The notes below the pieces were generated by a model. That model saw only the letters and a program-made list of their open reading frames with translations, was not told the origin of the DNA and did no database searches. From positions 4,088 through 68,087 of the IMG/VR virus record IMGVR_UViG_3300033153_012010: a stretch of 64,000 nt of DNA; one strand, 5' to 3'. The DNA comes from a virus. Below, piece by piece: positions 1-8,649 of the stretch; the first letter of the stretch is position 1, and each line of letters opens with the position of its first letter. A program made the translations under genes and the position numbers.

Positions 1-609
1 TAAGTAATAAACTTTCCCGCCATTGTTTATGATGTCAAATGACACTGGGTCAAAGAAATCCATTACTGGATGTCCAGCTGGGTTAAAATAACCAGCAACC
101 ATTCTGTGCATGGTATCAAAATCATAATCACCTATCTTTTCAAGATTAACTCCAAGAAAATATGTACTCACAACATCTTCAAGCTTTCTTATATCCTCTT
201 CATTCATGTGAGCTGGGATAGTCTTTATATTCTTATATGCTCTCCTTGGGCCTATAAGGTCATAGCCCTCTTCAAACTTTGTTGTAATATCAGAAAGAGA
301 TTCTTCTCTGAATACAACATCACTATCTATTTGAATTATCTTTGTGTAATCTCCATATTCTCCACTCATCACTTTAGTCCAAACATATGAAGTCCCAAGA
401 TGACCTTGCTTAAAATAATCTTCTATTAAATTGTCTGAAGACATTTCAATGTACTCATTGTTTTTGTGCTTGCCAGCTTCTTTAAAATCTTTGTGAGTTC
501 CGAATATGTGAATTTTAGCATCATGATGTTCATGAAAACTTTCTATACATTTTTTTAATACCTTTCCACAATTATAGGCAATTACAAATATGAAAACATC
601 ATCATTCAT
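1..609 (-). CDS. GT-A-type glycosyltransferase, partial (runs off the window start)
   Basis: Manual translation from ATG at 609 (overlaps the upstream stop) gives MNDDVFIFVIAYNCGKVLKKCIESF...IIQIDSDVVF, with a GT2-like N-terminus and a DxD motif. It is open to base 1 and is not in the ORF track. Confidence 0.75.
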   Translation of the reverse strand, partial: MNDDVFIFVIAYNCGKVLKKCIESFHEHHDAKIHIFGTHKDFKEAGKHKNNEYIEMSSDNLIEDYFKQGHLGTSYVWTKVMSGEYGDYTKIIQIDSDVVFREESLSDITTKFEEGYDLIGPRRAYKNIKTIPAHMNEEDIRKLEDVVSTYFLGVNLEKIGDYDFDTMHRMVAGYFNPAGHPVMDFFDPVSFDIINNGGKVYYL

Positions 610-1366
610 CGTATAACTTATTTAGTGTTTCGTAACTAGGAAGACCTCTAAGTAACCCTTCTATTCTATTGATTTCGCCCTGATTAACCTTCGTTTCATT
701 CATTGGGTTTTCTCTATTATAAACATAAAGAATATCTGGAATGTATCTACTCTTATCAACTCCACACATCTCCAGCATTGGAAATTGAAACGAAAGGTCT
801 GGTGCCATTGATACATAATTATCTGTGGTCGGGTCTTTCATATCTTCTGGATTAATCTTCAAGAATAATTCTCTTCTAAATGTTCTCAAGTGACTTGCAA
901 GCCATTTGTGGCTTCTAAATGTTTTATTCTCTCTAACATCAAGTGGATACTCATGATAATGCTCTGAGATGTCTCTATATGGAAACTCTTCATAAGTTCC
1001 ATAAGTCATCCAGCAATCATACTTATTGTATTCTTTATTTACTCTAGCGAGAACTCCATCATGTGGAAACCAATCATCTCCATCAAGGGTAATCACAATT
1101 GATTTCTCCTTAGACATTTCAGTTCCAATCCTTATATTCTCGCCCTGATATTTTCTTTGTTCATTCTGAAGAACTCTAAGGTTATCAAACTTATCTACAT
1201 ACTCCTTAGCTTTTTCATAAGTTCCATCATTAGATTTAGCATCTAAGAATATAATCTCATAGTCAGAGTAGTCTTGAGATATTGCACTATCAAGACATCT
1301 CTCAACGTATTGAATCGCATTCATCGTGCTAATTACGATTGATATGTGATTGATATGTTTCTTCAT
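602..1366 (-). CDS. Glycosyltransferase family 2
   Basis: ISIVISTMNAIQYVERCLDSAISQDY..EIIFLDAKSNDGT and LDGDD (DxD) are GT2 signatures; paralog of 2268..3038. Confidence 0.9.
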   Translation of the reverse strand: MKKHINHISIVISTMNAIQYVERCLDSAISQDYSDYEIIFLDAKSNDGTYEKAKEYVDKFDNLRVLQNEQRKYQGENIRIGTEMSKEKSIVITLDGDDWFPHDGVLARVNKEYNKYDCWMTYGTYEEFPYRDISEHYHEYPLDVRENKTFRSHKWLASHLRTFRRELFLKINPEDMKDPTTDNYVSMAPDLSFQFPMLEMCGVDKSRYIPDILYVYNRENPMNETKVNQGEINRIEGLLRGLPSYETLNKLYDE

Positions 1367-2268
1367 TATTTAAACTCTTTGATAATATCAACTTTTAAAT
1401 CAATTATCTCCTTCTTATCTTCAATTGATAATTTTTTAAAAATGTTATTAATTAACTGCATTTCATCAGTATAAGGATTGTTCATCCAGGTTGGTGGATG
1501 GTACATATGATATAGTTCAATATCTGGTTCATCTGAAATATGCATCTTGTCAACAACATCTACTTTGGCCCAAAAAAATGCATCCTCTGGAGAGTTGGCT
1601 AAAAACAATTCCGCATCATAACCACCTACTTCAAAAAACAAATCTCTCTCAACAAGTATTGAACCTCCTGGGGCTCCAATCATTATTTTTCCACCAAGCC
1701 TTGGGTAGTCTACTTCTGGCATATCTATATTAAGGTCATCAATTGAAAACTCTCCTGACATTACCTTTGGGGTAAACTCTTCATTAATATAAAGAACCCT
1801 TCTTCCAGTAAAGCATTGAATTGCTCTACATTGTTTGTGAGATATGTTGTCAAATAGATTTAAAAAGAAATCAGTTTGAACTAAGCAATCAATATCATGA
1901 AACAAACAGTATTTTGATTTATTACCAAAAAATACAGCCGCATTATATGAGAGGCATTTGTTAAATAGCTTTTCTTCCTCTGGCCTAATCCAAATATAAT
2001 TAAGCTTATTCTTTTTACAAAACTTCGAATGTTCTGGTAATTTTGAATGCTCAACTACTGTGTAAGTAATGTTGAGTGGAGATTTTTCTGCAGCTGCAAG
2101 GAAGCTTTTATACATTGGCTCAGCAAATTCAGCTCTACCTCTTGCTGTAATTATAAAATTTATATCATAAGATTCTTCAGGATTCTGAATAATTACAACA
2201 TTCTCTTCCTTTACTTTATTGTAATCAAACCTCTTAGCTTTTATATGTTTAATTAAATCTTCTTTCAT
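1366..2268 (-). CDS. Glycosyltransferase, GT2/GT7-C (galactosyltransferase-like)
   Basis: FNK..SYN, FHDID (DxD), GGSILV.RDLFFEVGGYD, ED and LYHMYH motifs. Confidence 0.8.
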   Translation of the reverse strand: MKEDLIKHIKAKRFDYNKVKEENVVIIQNPEESYDINFIITARGRAEFAEPMYKSFLAAAEKSPLNITYTVVEHSKLPEHSKFCKKNKLNYIWIRPEEEKLFNKCLSYNAAVFFGNKSKYCLFHDIDCLVQTDFFLNLFDNISHKQCRAIQCFTGRRVLYINEEFTPKVMSGEFSIDDLNIDMPEVDYPRLGGKIMIGAPGGSILVERDLFFEVGGYDAELFLANSPEDAFFWAKVDVVDKMHISDEPDIELYHMYHPPTWMNNPYTDEMQLINNIFKKLSIEDKKEIIDLKVDIIKEFK

Positions 2269-3038
2269 TATAGATTAAGTGTTTCAGCCCCTTTTTTATA
2301 AGACACGATTGTTTTTAAAGGAGTCTTTTGGCTTACTGCTTTGTGAACATCCCATTGAGCTTGTTGGTTTACTCTATCTTCTGAGATTGGATTATCTCTA
2401 TTGTAAATATAAAGAATGGTATCGTTAAACAATGTCTTGTCATGACCAGCCATTTCCATAATAGAAAACATCATTGCTGTATCATAAGACCAACGATAAA
2501 AGTTTCCATCATCATCTTTTAAGTGAGCAAAGTTTGGACTCTGGTCTTCAATTCTTTGATATAATCCAGCTCTAAATGTTCTCAGGTGAGATACTTTAAA
2601 AGGACCAGTTCTAACGTTATCAAATTCTTCTGGAGTATAAGAAGTTGCGAAGCCTCTTTGTCCATTTGTCCAACTTGCCTGTCCATACATAATCCAACAG
2701 TCATGTTCTTTATATTGCTCATCAACATATTTAAGAACTTTCTTGTTTGGAAACCAATCATCTCCATCAAGAAGAACAACGATGTCGTCTTCATCACAAT
2801 GATTCATAATAGCATCATGAATATTTTCAAGAGCTGTCTTACGAACTGTATTATTAATTATAGTAATTTTATAATCTTCTTCTGGAAGCTTCTCAAGAGA
2901 GTCATCTGTAGACATATCATTAATGAATATTACTTCATAATTATCATATCTTTGTGTTATAGCTGTAGCCACACACTTCTCTAAGAAATCTCCTGGATTG
3001 TAGAAAGGTATTATAACCTTCATTTTATTATTTTTCAT
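2268..3038 (-). CDS. Glycosyltransferase family 2
   Basis: VIIPFYN..FLEKCV..Q.YDNYEVIFINDMSTDDS and LDGDDW; paralog of 602..1366. Start placed at ATG 3038. Confidence 0.9.
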   Translation of the reverse strand: MKNNKMKVIIPFYNPGDFLEKCVATAITQRYDNYEVIFINDMSTDDSLEKLPEEDYKITIINNTVRKTALENIHDAIMNHCDEDDIVVLLDGDDWFPNKKVLKYVDEQYKEHDCWIMYGQASWTNGQRGFATSYTPEEFDNVRTGPFKVSHLRTFRAGLYQRIEDQSPNFAHLKDDDGNFYRWSYDTAMMFSIMEMAGHDKTLFNDTILYIYNRDNPISEDRVNQQAQWDVHKAVSQKTPLKTIVSYKKGAETLNL

Positions 3039-3642
3039 CGTCAATAAGTTTTTGTAAATAAGTGTTTAACTTATTAATTGTTTCTTCACTCGCTGCATTT
3101 GTCTTTGAAGGGTTAATACATTCGATTCTTGTGTCTCCTTCATGAATTGGAATGAAATATTTAACAAAGTTATCATTGCCATTAAGTTTTTTCTTAACAT
3201 CCTTTAGAAATGATTCAACATCACCATGACTCATGTTCCCAATGTTTATATAAAATACTAGAATCATTTCAGCAAGTTCTTCAACATCTTTTTCTTGAAG
3301 GATTAGGTGTCTAAGAATTCTTTTTTCTTTTTCAGATTCAACCTGAAGACTTTCATAATTTAATTTCAAATCTGCTCCAGGAATTGGTAGATTCCCTTCA
3401 AATTTTCCTCTAACTCTCGCAAGGGTTTCTTTACAAAGTGCATAGAAATATTTTCTAACCCAGAATCTTTCAATTTGCATGTGTTTATCTTTTGATAATT
3501 CTGCAATGGTTGCGTAAAGGTGGAATGATTCATAAGCATCATCTATTAAGTACGCCATTTGTTCATCTGTGAGCTCTACTATATGAACTGGTTCTCCAAG
3601 CATTATTCTTGCTCTCTCAATTGTTTGTTTTGTGTCTATCAT
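3028..3642 (-). CDS. Chimeric protein: neck (gp13-like) helical segments fused to a portal clip-like segment
   Basis: Residues 10-110 align by eye with the N- and C-terminal parts of 23913..25100; residues 128-178 align with the portal segment VFYIDVGN...YFIP..RIE. Confidence 0.75.
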   Translation of the reverse strand: MIDTKQTIERARIMLGEPVHIVELTDEQMAYLIDDAYESFHLYATIAELSKDKHMQIERFWVRKYFYALCKETLARVRGKFEGNLPIPGADLKLNYESLQVESEKEKRILRHLILQEKDVEELAEMILVFYINIGNMSHGDVESFLKDVKKKLNGNDNFVKYFIPIHEGDTRIECINPSKTNAASEETINKLNTYLQKLIDDEK

Positions 3643-4613
3643 TTTTCTTCTTTTTTATTTACCATTTGTTCAATTTTATCGAAAATTTTATCTATCTCAA
3701 ACTTCTCTTCTTCAGTTGTTTCATTCCATTTCTTTCCGAATTTTTTTATTGCAACTTTATCTAATGAAGAACTCTCTACTGTTAGGTCTCCAAGTTCAAG
3801 TTTTTGATGACACCCTTTTATGTTAGAGAAGTCTATAGATTCTAAATTTATAAATTTGTCATCAAGAAATTTCGTATTCATTATTCTTCTCCTAACTCCT
3901 GCTTCCATGTTTTTATATAACACTTCTTTCTCGTCTTCTATAGATTGCTGTACCCTTCCAGCTGGAACTCCAACAAGAGTGCTTTCTTTATAGGATACCA
4001 TCTTGTTTCTTGGAAACGTTTCTGTGTAGTCAAATAAAGATGCTTCCAACCCTTCTGCGTTTACAAACTTTGATTTCTTTGTAAGTTTATAAATATCCTT
4101 TCTCCTAAAGATATGACCCTCTGTTGAGAATGGGTATCCAAAATCAAGATAGTGAAGCGTCCAATCCCATTTCATAAAATCTCCACAATCTTCTATATCA
4201 TTTAATACATTCTCTGCACCAAGAGTATAACACTTTGTAGTATTCTCCCCAAGTCTAAGAGAAAAGCATACAACATCATCATCTGCTTCTATTTGACTAG
4301 TAATATCTTCTAGCTTGATTTCTTTATATATGATGTTATCATCAAGAAAAAAACAAGCGTAGTCATGTTTGCTATTAAGATTCTCTACAACTTGTTCTCT
4401 AAAGTCATCTGTTTCCCTCTCAAAGTTTACGTGACTAAACCTCTTATCATCTACAACACGACCATATGCCTCATCAAAATACTCTTCAGTACCTTTGATT
4501 ATAATATTCAAATCAAATACACCTGGGGCATTTTTGTTCACGCTCTCTAGGAAAATATTTAACTGAGCAGCATTGTCGTTGCTAAATACTATTGCATTAA
4601 TCTTTTGACTCAT
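3639..4613 (-). CDS. Putative glycosyltransferase (GT-A-like)
   Basis: AIVFS...AAQL..FLES N-terminus and FFLDDNI acidic motif; lies in the glycosyltransferase operon. Confidence 0.55.
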   Translation of the reverse strand: MSQKINAIVFSNDNAAQLNIFLESVNKNAPGVFDLNIIIKGTEEYFDEAYGRVVDDKRFSHVNFERETDDFREQVVENLNSKHDYACFFLDDNIIYKEIKLEDITSQIEADDDVVCFSLRLGENTTKCYTLGAENVLNDIEDCGDFMKWDWTLHYLDFGYPFSTEGHIFRRKDIYKLTKKSKFVNAEGLEASLFDYTETFPRNKMVSYKESTLVGVPAGRVQQSIEDEKEVLYKNMEAGVRRRIMNTKFLDDKFINLESIDFSNIKGCHQKLELGDLTVESSSLDKVAIKKFGKKWNETTEEEKFEIDKIFDKIEQMVNKKEEK

Positions 4614-4956
4614 CCTCTATTTCTTCTGTTTCTTCTTCTGGTAGCGCTTCGATAAAAGAGATAATATCTTCCTTACCCTTAGCTCCTATAAACTTATCTA
4701 ATTTTTTACCTTCTCTAAGTGCGAACACTACTGGTATACTTCTTACACCATATTCATTAGACAATTCTGGGTTATCATCTACATTAATTTTAAGTATTGT
4801 AACATCTTCTATTTCATCAGCAACTGACTGTAGTGTTGGGCCTAAAACCTTACAAGGACCACACCATGGTGCCCAGAAATCTGCAAGTATAATTCCTTTT
4901 TCTTCTAATAAAGTTTTATCAAATTCTTCTTTATTTACTTCTAATAATTTTCCCAT
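4597..4956 (-). CDS. trxA: Thioredoxin
   Basis: ADFWAPWCGPCK active site, KINVD and VRSIP motifs. Confidence 0.97.
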   Translation of the reverse strand: MGKLLEVNKEEFDKTLLEEKGIILADFWAPWCGPCKVLGPTLQSVADEIEDVTILKINVDDNPELSNEYGVRSIPVVFALREGKKLDKFIGAKGKEDIISFIEALPEEETEEIEDESKD

Positions 4957-5096
4957 TTTCTCTTTTTTTTAATTTTTATTGATTTATACATTTTCTTTCT
5001 ATTTATAATAAAGCAAATGCTTTTAAGGAAAAATAAATAATTGGATTGAGAAAATCAATTTTTTTGAATATTTATATTAGAAAAACAATTTAAAAG

Positions 5097-5462
5097 ATGA
5101 ATAAATCAAAAATTAGCCCAAACGCTATTAAAAAAGCAATCTTCAACGAAAGCCTTAGACTGAAAAGAAAGGAAGAAATTTATGAAGAAGTAAAAAGAAT
5201 CGAAACCGAACTTGGAACTATCAACGAAGATAGTCGAGGTATGGCTGGGTCTTTTGGATTTGTAGGAGATATGTCAGACAACCATAAACATGGTTTTGTT
5301 GATGACAGTTTTCAAAACATTTCTAACATCGCAAGGTTAGAAGCTGAATTCGCAGAAGCAGATGAAAAAGCTGCAATCAATGAGGAAATCATAGATGAGA
5401 ATTCAAAACTTAAGGCAGAAATAGAAAACCTTAAGAAACAATTAGAAGAAAATTCAAAATAA
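5097..5462 (+). CDS. Hypothetical coiled-coil protein, probable internal head protein
   Basis: Preceded by TATTTATA at 5069; acidic, with INE/IDE sites. Confidence 0.6.
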   Translation: MNKSKISPNAIKKAIFNESLRLKRKEEIYEEVKRIETELGTINEDSRGMAGSFGFVGDMSDNHKHGFVDDSFQNISNIARLEAEFAEADEKAAINEEIIDENSKLKAEIENLKKQLEENSK

Positions 5463-5489
5463 TACAAACACAAAAAATAAAAACTAGTC

Positions 5490-6569
5490 ATGAAGAAAGA
5501 CAACAAATTTCAAATCACAATGCCTGAGCTGCAAAAAATCATTAAAGAGGAATATGCGTCTATGGCTGAAGAAGTTAAAAACAAAGCTGAAAAAGCTAAA
5601 GGTATTCAAGCAAGACTTGATGCTATTAATGAAGAATTAGAAACATTACCAGAAACTTTATCAGAAGTTGAAGCTGGAGGATTAAAAGCAGTAAAGTCTA
5701 CTGGTTGGTCTGGAGCTGGAGAAACTGATAAGAAGTATGACGAGAAATTCGAAAAGATTGGAACTCACTTAAAAGAGGACGAAGAATTCGAAGGAGAAGT
5801 TGAAATAGGTGGTGAAGAAGAATCTATGGAAGGTCCTGCAGAACCAGAAATGGGACACTTCGAAATGAAGTTCGCAGAACTTGGTAGAGAACTTGATGCT
5901 AAAATCAACGGAGACGAAGGTGGAATGGAAGGTGAAATGGAAGGTGAAATGGAAGCTCCAGAAATGAACATGGAAATGGGAATGAACGAAATGGAAGAAA
6001 CAAAGCATGAGCCAATCGAAGGTACATCTCCTAACGGTGACGTAGTTGCTGAAGAAAAAGTTGAAGAAGGTGAAGTAGTAAACGAAGACAAGGTTGACGA
6101 AAATGCTGATGCAGTAAACGAAGACAAGGTTGATGAAAATGCTGATGCAGTAAACGAAGACAAGGTTGAAGAAGTTGATGCAGTGAATGAAGGAGCTGTA
6201 ATTGAAGAAGTTGATGCAGTAAACGAAGACAAGGTTGACGAAAATGCTGATGCAGTAAACGAAGACAAGGTTGATGAAAATGCTGATGCAGTGAATGAAG
6301 ACAAGGTTGATGAAAATGCTGATGCAGTGAATGAAGACAAGGTTGAAGAAGTTGATGCAGTAAACGAAGACCTTAACGAGCCAATCGAAGGTAAAACTCC
6401 AGCTCAAGATTCTAAAGCTAGATTTAATGATTACATGGAAAAAGATACTCACGTTAAAGAAGGTGTTTCTAAAGTAGGAACAACTCTTTTAAGCGAAGGT
6501 TTCACTCCAGAAAGAAAATCTAAAATGGATGCTGAACTTGCTAGAATGAAAAAATTAGCTAAGATATAA
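5490..6569 (+). CDS. Highly acidic scaffold-like/internal head protein with tandem repeats
   Basis: N-terminal ITMPELQKIIKEE; C-terminal ELARMKKLAKI resembles the scaffold C-terminus EIMRMKQLAGI; VNEDKVDENADA repeats. Confidence 0.65.
   Translation: MKKDNKFQITMPELQKIIKEEYASMAEEVKNKAEKAKGIQARLDAINEELETLPETLSEVEAGGLKAVKSTGWSGAGETDKKYDEKFEKIGTHLKEDEEFEGEVEIGGEEESMEGPAEPEMGHFEMKFAELGRELDAKINGDEGGMEGEMEGEMEAPEMNMEMGMNEMEETKHEPIEGTSPNGDVVAEEKVEEGEVVNEDKVDENADAVNEDKVDENADAVNEDKVEEVDAVNEGAVIEEVDAVNEDKVDENADAVNEDKVDENADAVNEDKVDENADAVNEDKVEEVDAVNEDLNEPIEGKTPAQDSKARFNDYMEKDTHVKEGVSKVGTTLLSEGFTPERKSKMDAELARMKKLAKI
6078..6371 (+). repeat. Coding tandem repeat, about 8 units of 33-36 bp (VNEDKVDENADA)
   Basis: Unit gtaaacgaagacaaggttga(c/t)gaaaatgctgatgca repeated head to tail with no spacers. 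Confidence 0.95.
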
Positions 6570-6600
6570 GCTAAACACATAACGCATAATAAGTCATTTA

Positions 6601-7260
6601 ATGAATGATAAGGAAAATATAATTAGAAAAATAGTTAGATTAGAAAGCCTGAGAATGATAAAAGAATCTCAGGCTTCTTTTTTGAACGAAGATATTGATA
6701 GTTTAGAAAGAACTATGGAAGATGTTGATGATTCTATTATTGAAGTTAATGAAAAGAAATTGGAGAAACTTAATAATGAAGAAGACTCAGCTAAAGATAG
6801 CGAAGACTTTTCTGAACTTAAGAGAATCAAAGAAGACCAGCTTGCTGTAATCGAAAGACTTGTTTTCGGATACACTAAAAAAGTAAAATTACTTCAACAA
6901 ACTCAAACCAACTTAGAAGAAGAATTGCTTAACATCCAATCAAATGGAGCAGGCGTATTTAAGAATCAAGAAATGAATGAGTTCAGCAGCGAAGCTTTCC
7001 AGAAGGGTTGGGGTCTTAAAATTGAAACTCATGGCTCATCGACTAACTTAGTTAAACAATCAGACGCTAATAACTATAAAGTAATGACGACTAACATACC
7101 AGGATTAGAACCTGAGATGTTACTTATGTTGCCAGATATGAAGTTAGGAGGAGAAGGGCACATTAAAGTATTTACAAAACGTGTAAATGGAACTGGTTAT
7201 GAAAACATAAAAAACTTTACTCTGAGAAACATAACTGCTCTGGTTAAAAATCCACAATAA
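6601..7260 (+). CDS. Hypothetical protein (coiled-coil N-terminus)
   Basis: 219-aa ORF in the same operon; IIRKIVR..IKES..LNE motif. Confidence 0.7.
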   Translation: MNDKENIIRKIVRLESLRMIKESQASFLNEDIDSLERTMEDVDDSIIEVNEKKLEKLNNEEDSAKDSEDFSELKRIKEDQLAVIERLVFGYTKKVKLLQQTQTNLEEELLNIQSNGAGVFKNQEMNEFSSEAFQKGWGLKIETHGSSTNLVKQSDANNYKVMTTNIPGLEPEMLLMLPDMKLGGEGHIKVFTKRVNGTGYENIKNFTLRNITALVKNPQ

Positions 7261-7277
7261 GAAATTAATACAAAAAG

Positions 7278-7315
7278 AAAAAGCTCACTAATTAAAAATT
7301 AAAGTGAGCTTTTTT
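7278..7315. terminator. Bidirectional intrinsic terminator
   Basis: aaaaagctcact...agtgagcttttt inverted repeat between convergent genes. Confidence 0.85.
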
Positions 7316-7334
7316 CGTTACACGTATGTGTTAA

Positions 7335-7538
7335 TTATTTTAGGAGTTGTCTTCCATCATCAGTGATGATGCTTTCTTCTCTTTCAACAATATCATTTTT
7401 ACCAACACTAATTTTCTTTGTAGATTTCTTCTTAGACTTATTAGCTTCTTCTGGGTCTATAAGACCTTTGGTAGATTTGTTTTCTTTATTTTCAGTAATC
7501 ATATCTTTAGTCGTTTTCGCTGAGGATTTCTCTCCCAT
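7335..7538 (-). CDS. Small hypothetical protein (TDDGRQLL C-terminus); true start may be 7502
   Basis: Shares its C-terminal motif with the adjacent 7507..7716. Confidence 0.6.
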   Translation of the reverse strand: MGEKSSAKTTKDMITENKENKSTKGLIDPEEANKSKKKSTKKISVGKNDIVEREESIITDDGRQLLK

Positions 7539-7716
7539 CGTCAGTTAATAATTTTCCTTCGTTTTTAGACATAAGTCCATTGTTTTTAGATTGCTCTATT
7601 TTTTGAGCTTTCTCTTTTGCGTTTTCCATAAGCTGTTCACGACTTAAAAGCCCTTTATCAGCTTTCTTTTTATTGTCGTCTCCTGACATCTCTGGTGAAA
7701 AGTATTGTATATTCAT
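7507..7716 (-). CDS. Small hypothetical protein (TDDGREIL C-terminus)
   Basis: TATTTATA on the minus strand at 7730-7737; paralogous C-terminus. Confidence 0.65.
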   Translation of the reverse strand: MNIQYFSPEMSGDDNKKKADKGLLSREQLMENAKEKAQKIEQSKNNGLMSKNEGKLLTDDGREILSEND

Positions 7717-7763
7717 ATCTCTATTTTCCTATAAATAGGAGAAAAAACTAAAATTTACCCCTG

Positions 7764-8555
7764 TTAAGTATTTCTTATTGTGGCAGGCATTTTTCCTTCT
7801 TTATCTTCGAATTGTTCAAATCTATCTATAATATCAATTAATATCTGCTCACGCACAATATCATTCCTCTCAAATTTGAATGTGGAACATCCTTTTATTG
7901 GTTTTATTATTTCATTAAATGTGTCTACAGCAACAAACTTTTTATTAATATCATTCTGTCTGGTATCTCCCATGAACACAATCTTACTATTTCTACCAAG
8001 ACGAGTAACTATACTCTTAAGTGCCTTAATATCAAAGTTTTGAAACTCATCAATTATGATGTAAGAATCTTTTAAAGAACGACCTCTCAAGAATTGAGCG
8101 GGTTTAAATTCTATCATTTTTTCATTCCAAAGGTGCTTGAAATCTTTCGTGTCTAAAAACTCTTCAAAAGAATCTGTAAAAGATTCTGCAAATACAGCCA
8201 TTTTTTCTTCTAATGAACCTGGAAGTGCTCCTGGGTCTTTTGTTCCAGATAAAATTTCTGTTGATTTTGATAGGATTATTTTTTTACACTTACCTGCAAG
8301 AAGCGCTTTTACAGCTGAGTAACAAGCAATAAATGTTTTTGATGTTCCAGGTGGGCCAGTTATGGTTATTATTTTGTTTTCGTCAAGAACATTCATTACT
8401 TCTCTTTGTTTTTTGGTAAGTCTAAAATCTAACTTCTGAATTTTTACAAATTGATTTGCTGTTTTAGTTGCATTGATATGTTCTGCAATCTCTTCTTGTG
8501 CGTGCTTTGGCAGCTTTTTACTTTCTCTTTTAGGTTTATTTCCGTTTCTTCCCAT
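7764..8555 (-). CDS. phoH: PhoH-family ATPase
   Basis: GPPGTSKT P-loop, G.LPG.LEEK, FLRGRSL, IIIDEFQN, TRLG, GD..Q.D and DIVR motifs. Start moved to ATG 8555, downstream of the motif at 8573-8580. Confidence 0.93.
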   Translation of the reverse strand: MGRNGNKPKRESKKLPKHAQEEIAEHINATKTANQFVKIQKLDFRLTKKQREVMNVLDENKIITITGPPGTSKTFIACYSAVKALLAGKCKKIILSKSTEILSGTKDPGALPGSLEEKMAVFAESFTDSFEEFLDTKDFKHLWNEKMIEFKPAQFLRGRSLKDSYIIIDEFQNFDIKALKSIVTRLGRNSKIVFMGDTRQNDINKKFVAVDTFNEIIKPIKGCSTFKFERNDIVREQILIDIIDRFEQFEDKEGKMPATIRNT

Positions 8556-8649
8556 ATAATAAGTTCTATACTTATAAATAAGCATTTTTTTGATGAATGC
8601 AAAGAGTTTTGGTTTAATAAAAAACTGGATATTTATATAGAAAGCTACT

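Noticed and set aside
70-390. 106-aa + strand ORF from the ORF track
   Set aside because: It lies antisense to a glycosyltransferase-like frame (1..609, minus) that continues the operon.
6078-6371. 36-bp repeats as a CRISPR array
   Set aside because: The units abut with no unique spacers, keep the reading frame and vary at synonymous positions, so this is a coding repeat.
5765-6452. Long antisense ORFs 5765..6340 and 5769..6452
   Set aside because: Shadows of the repetitive acidic + strand gene, with S/F-rich low-complexity translations.
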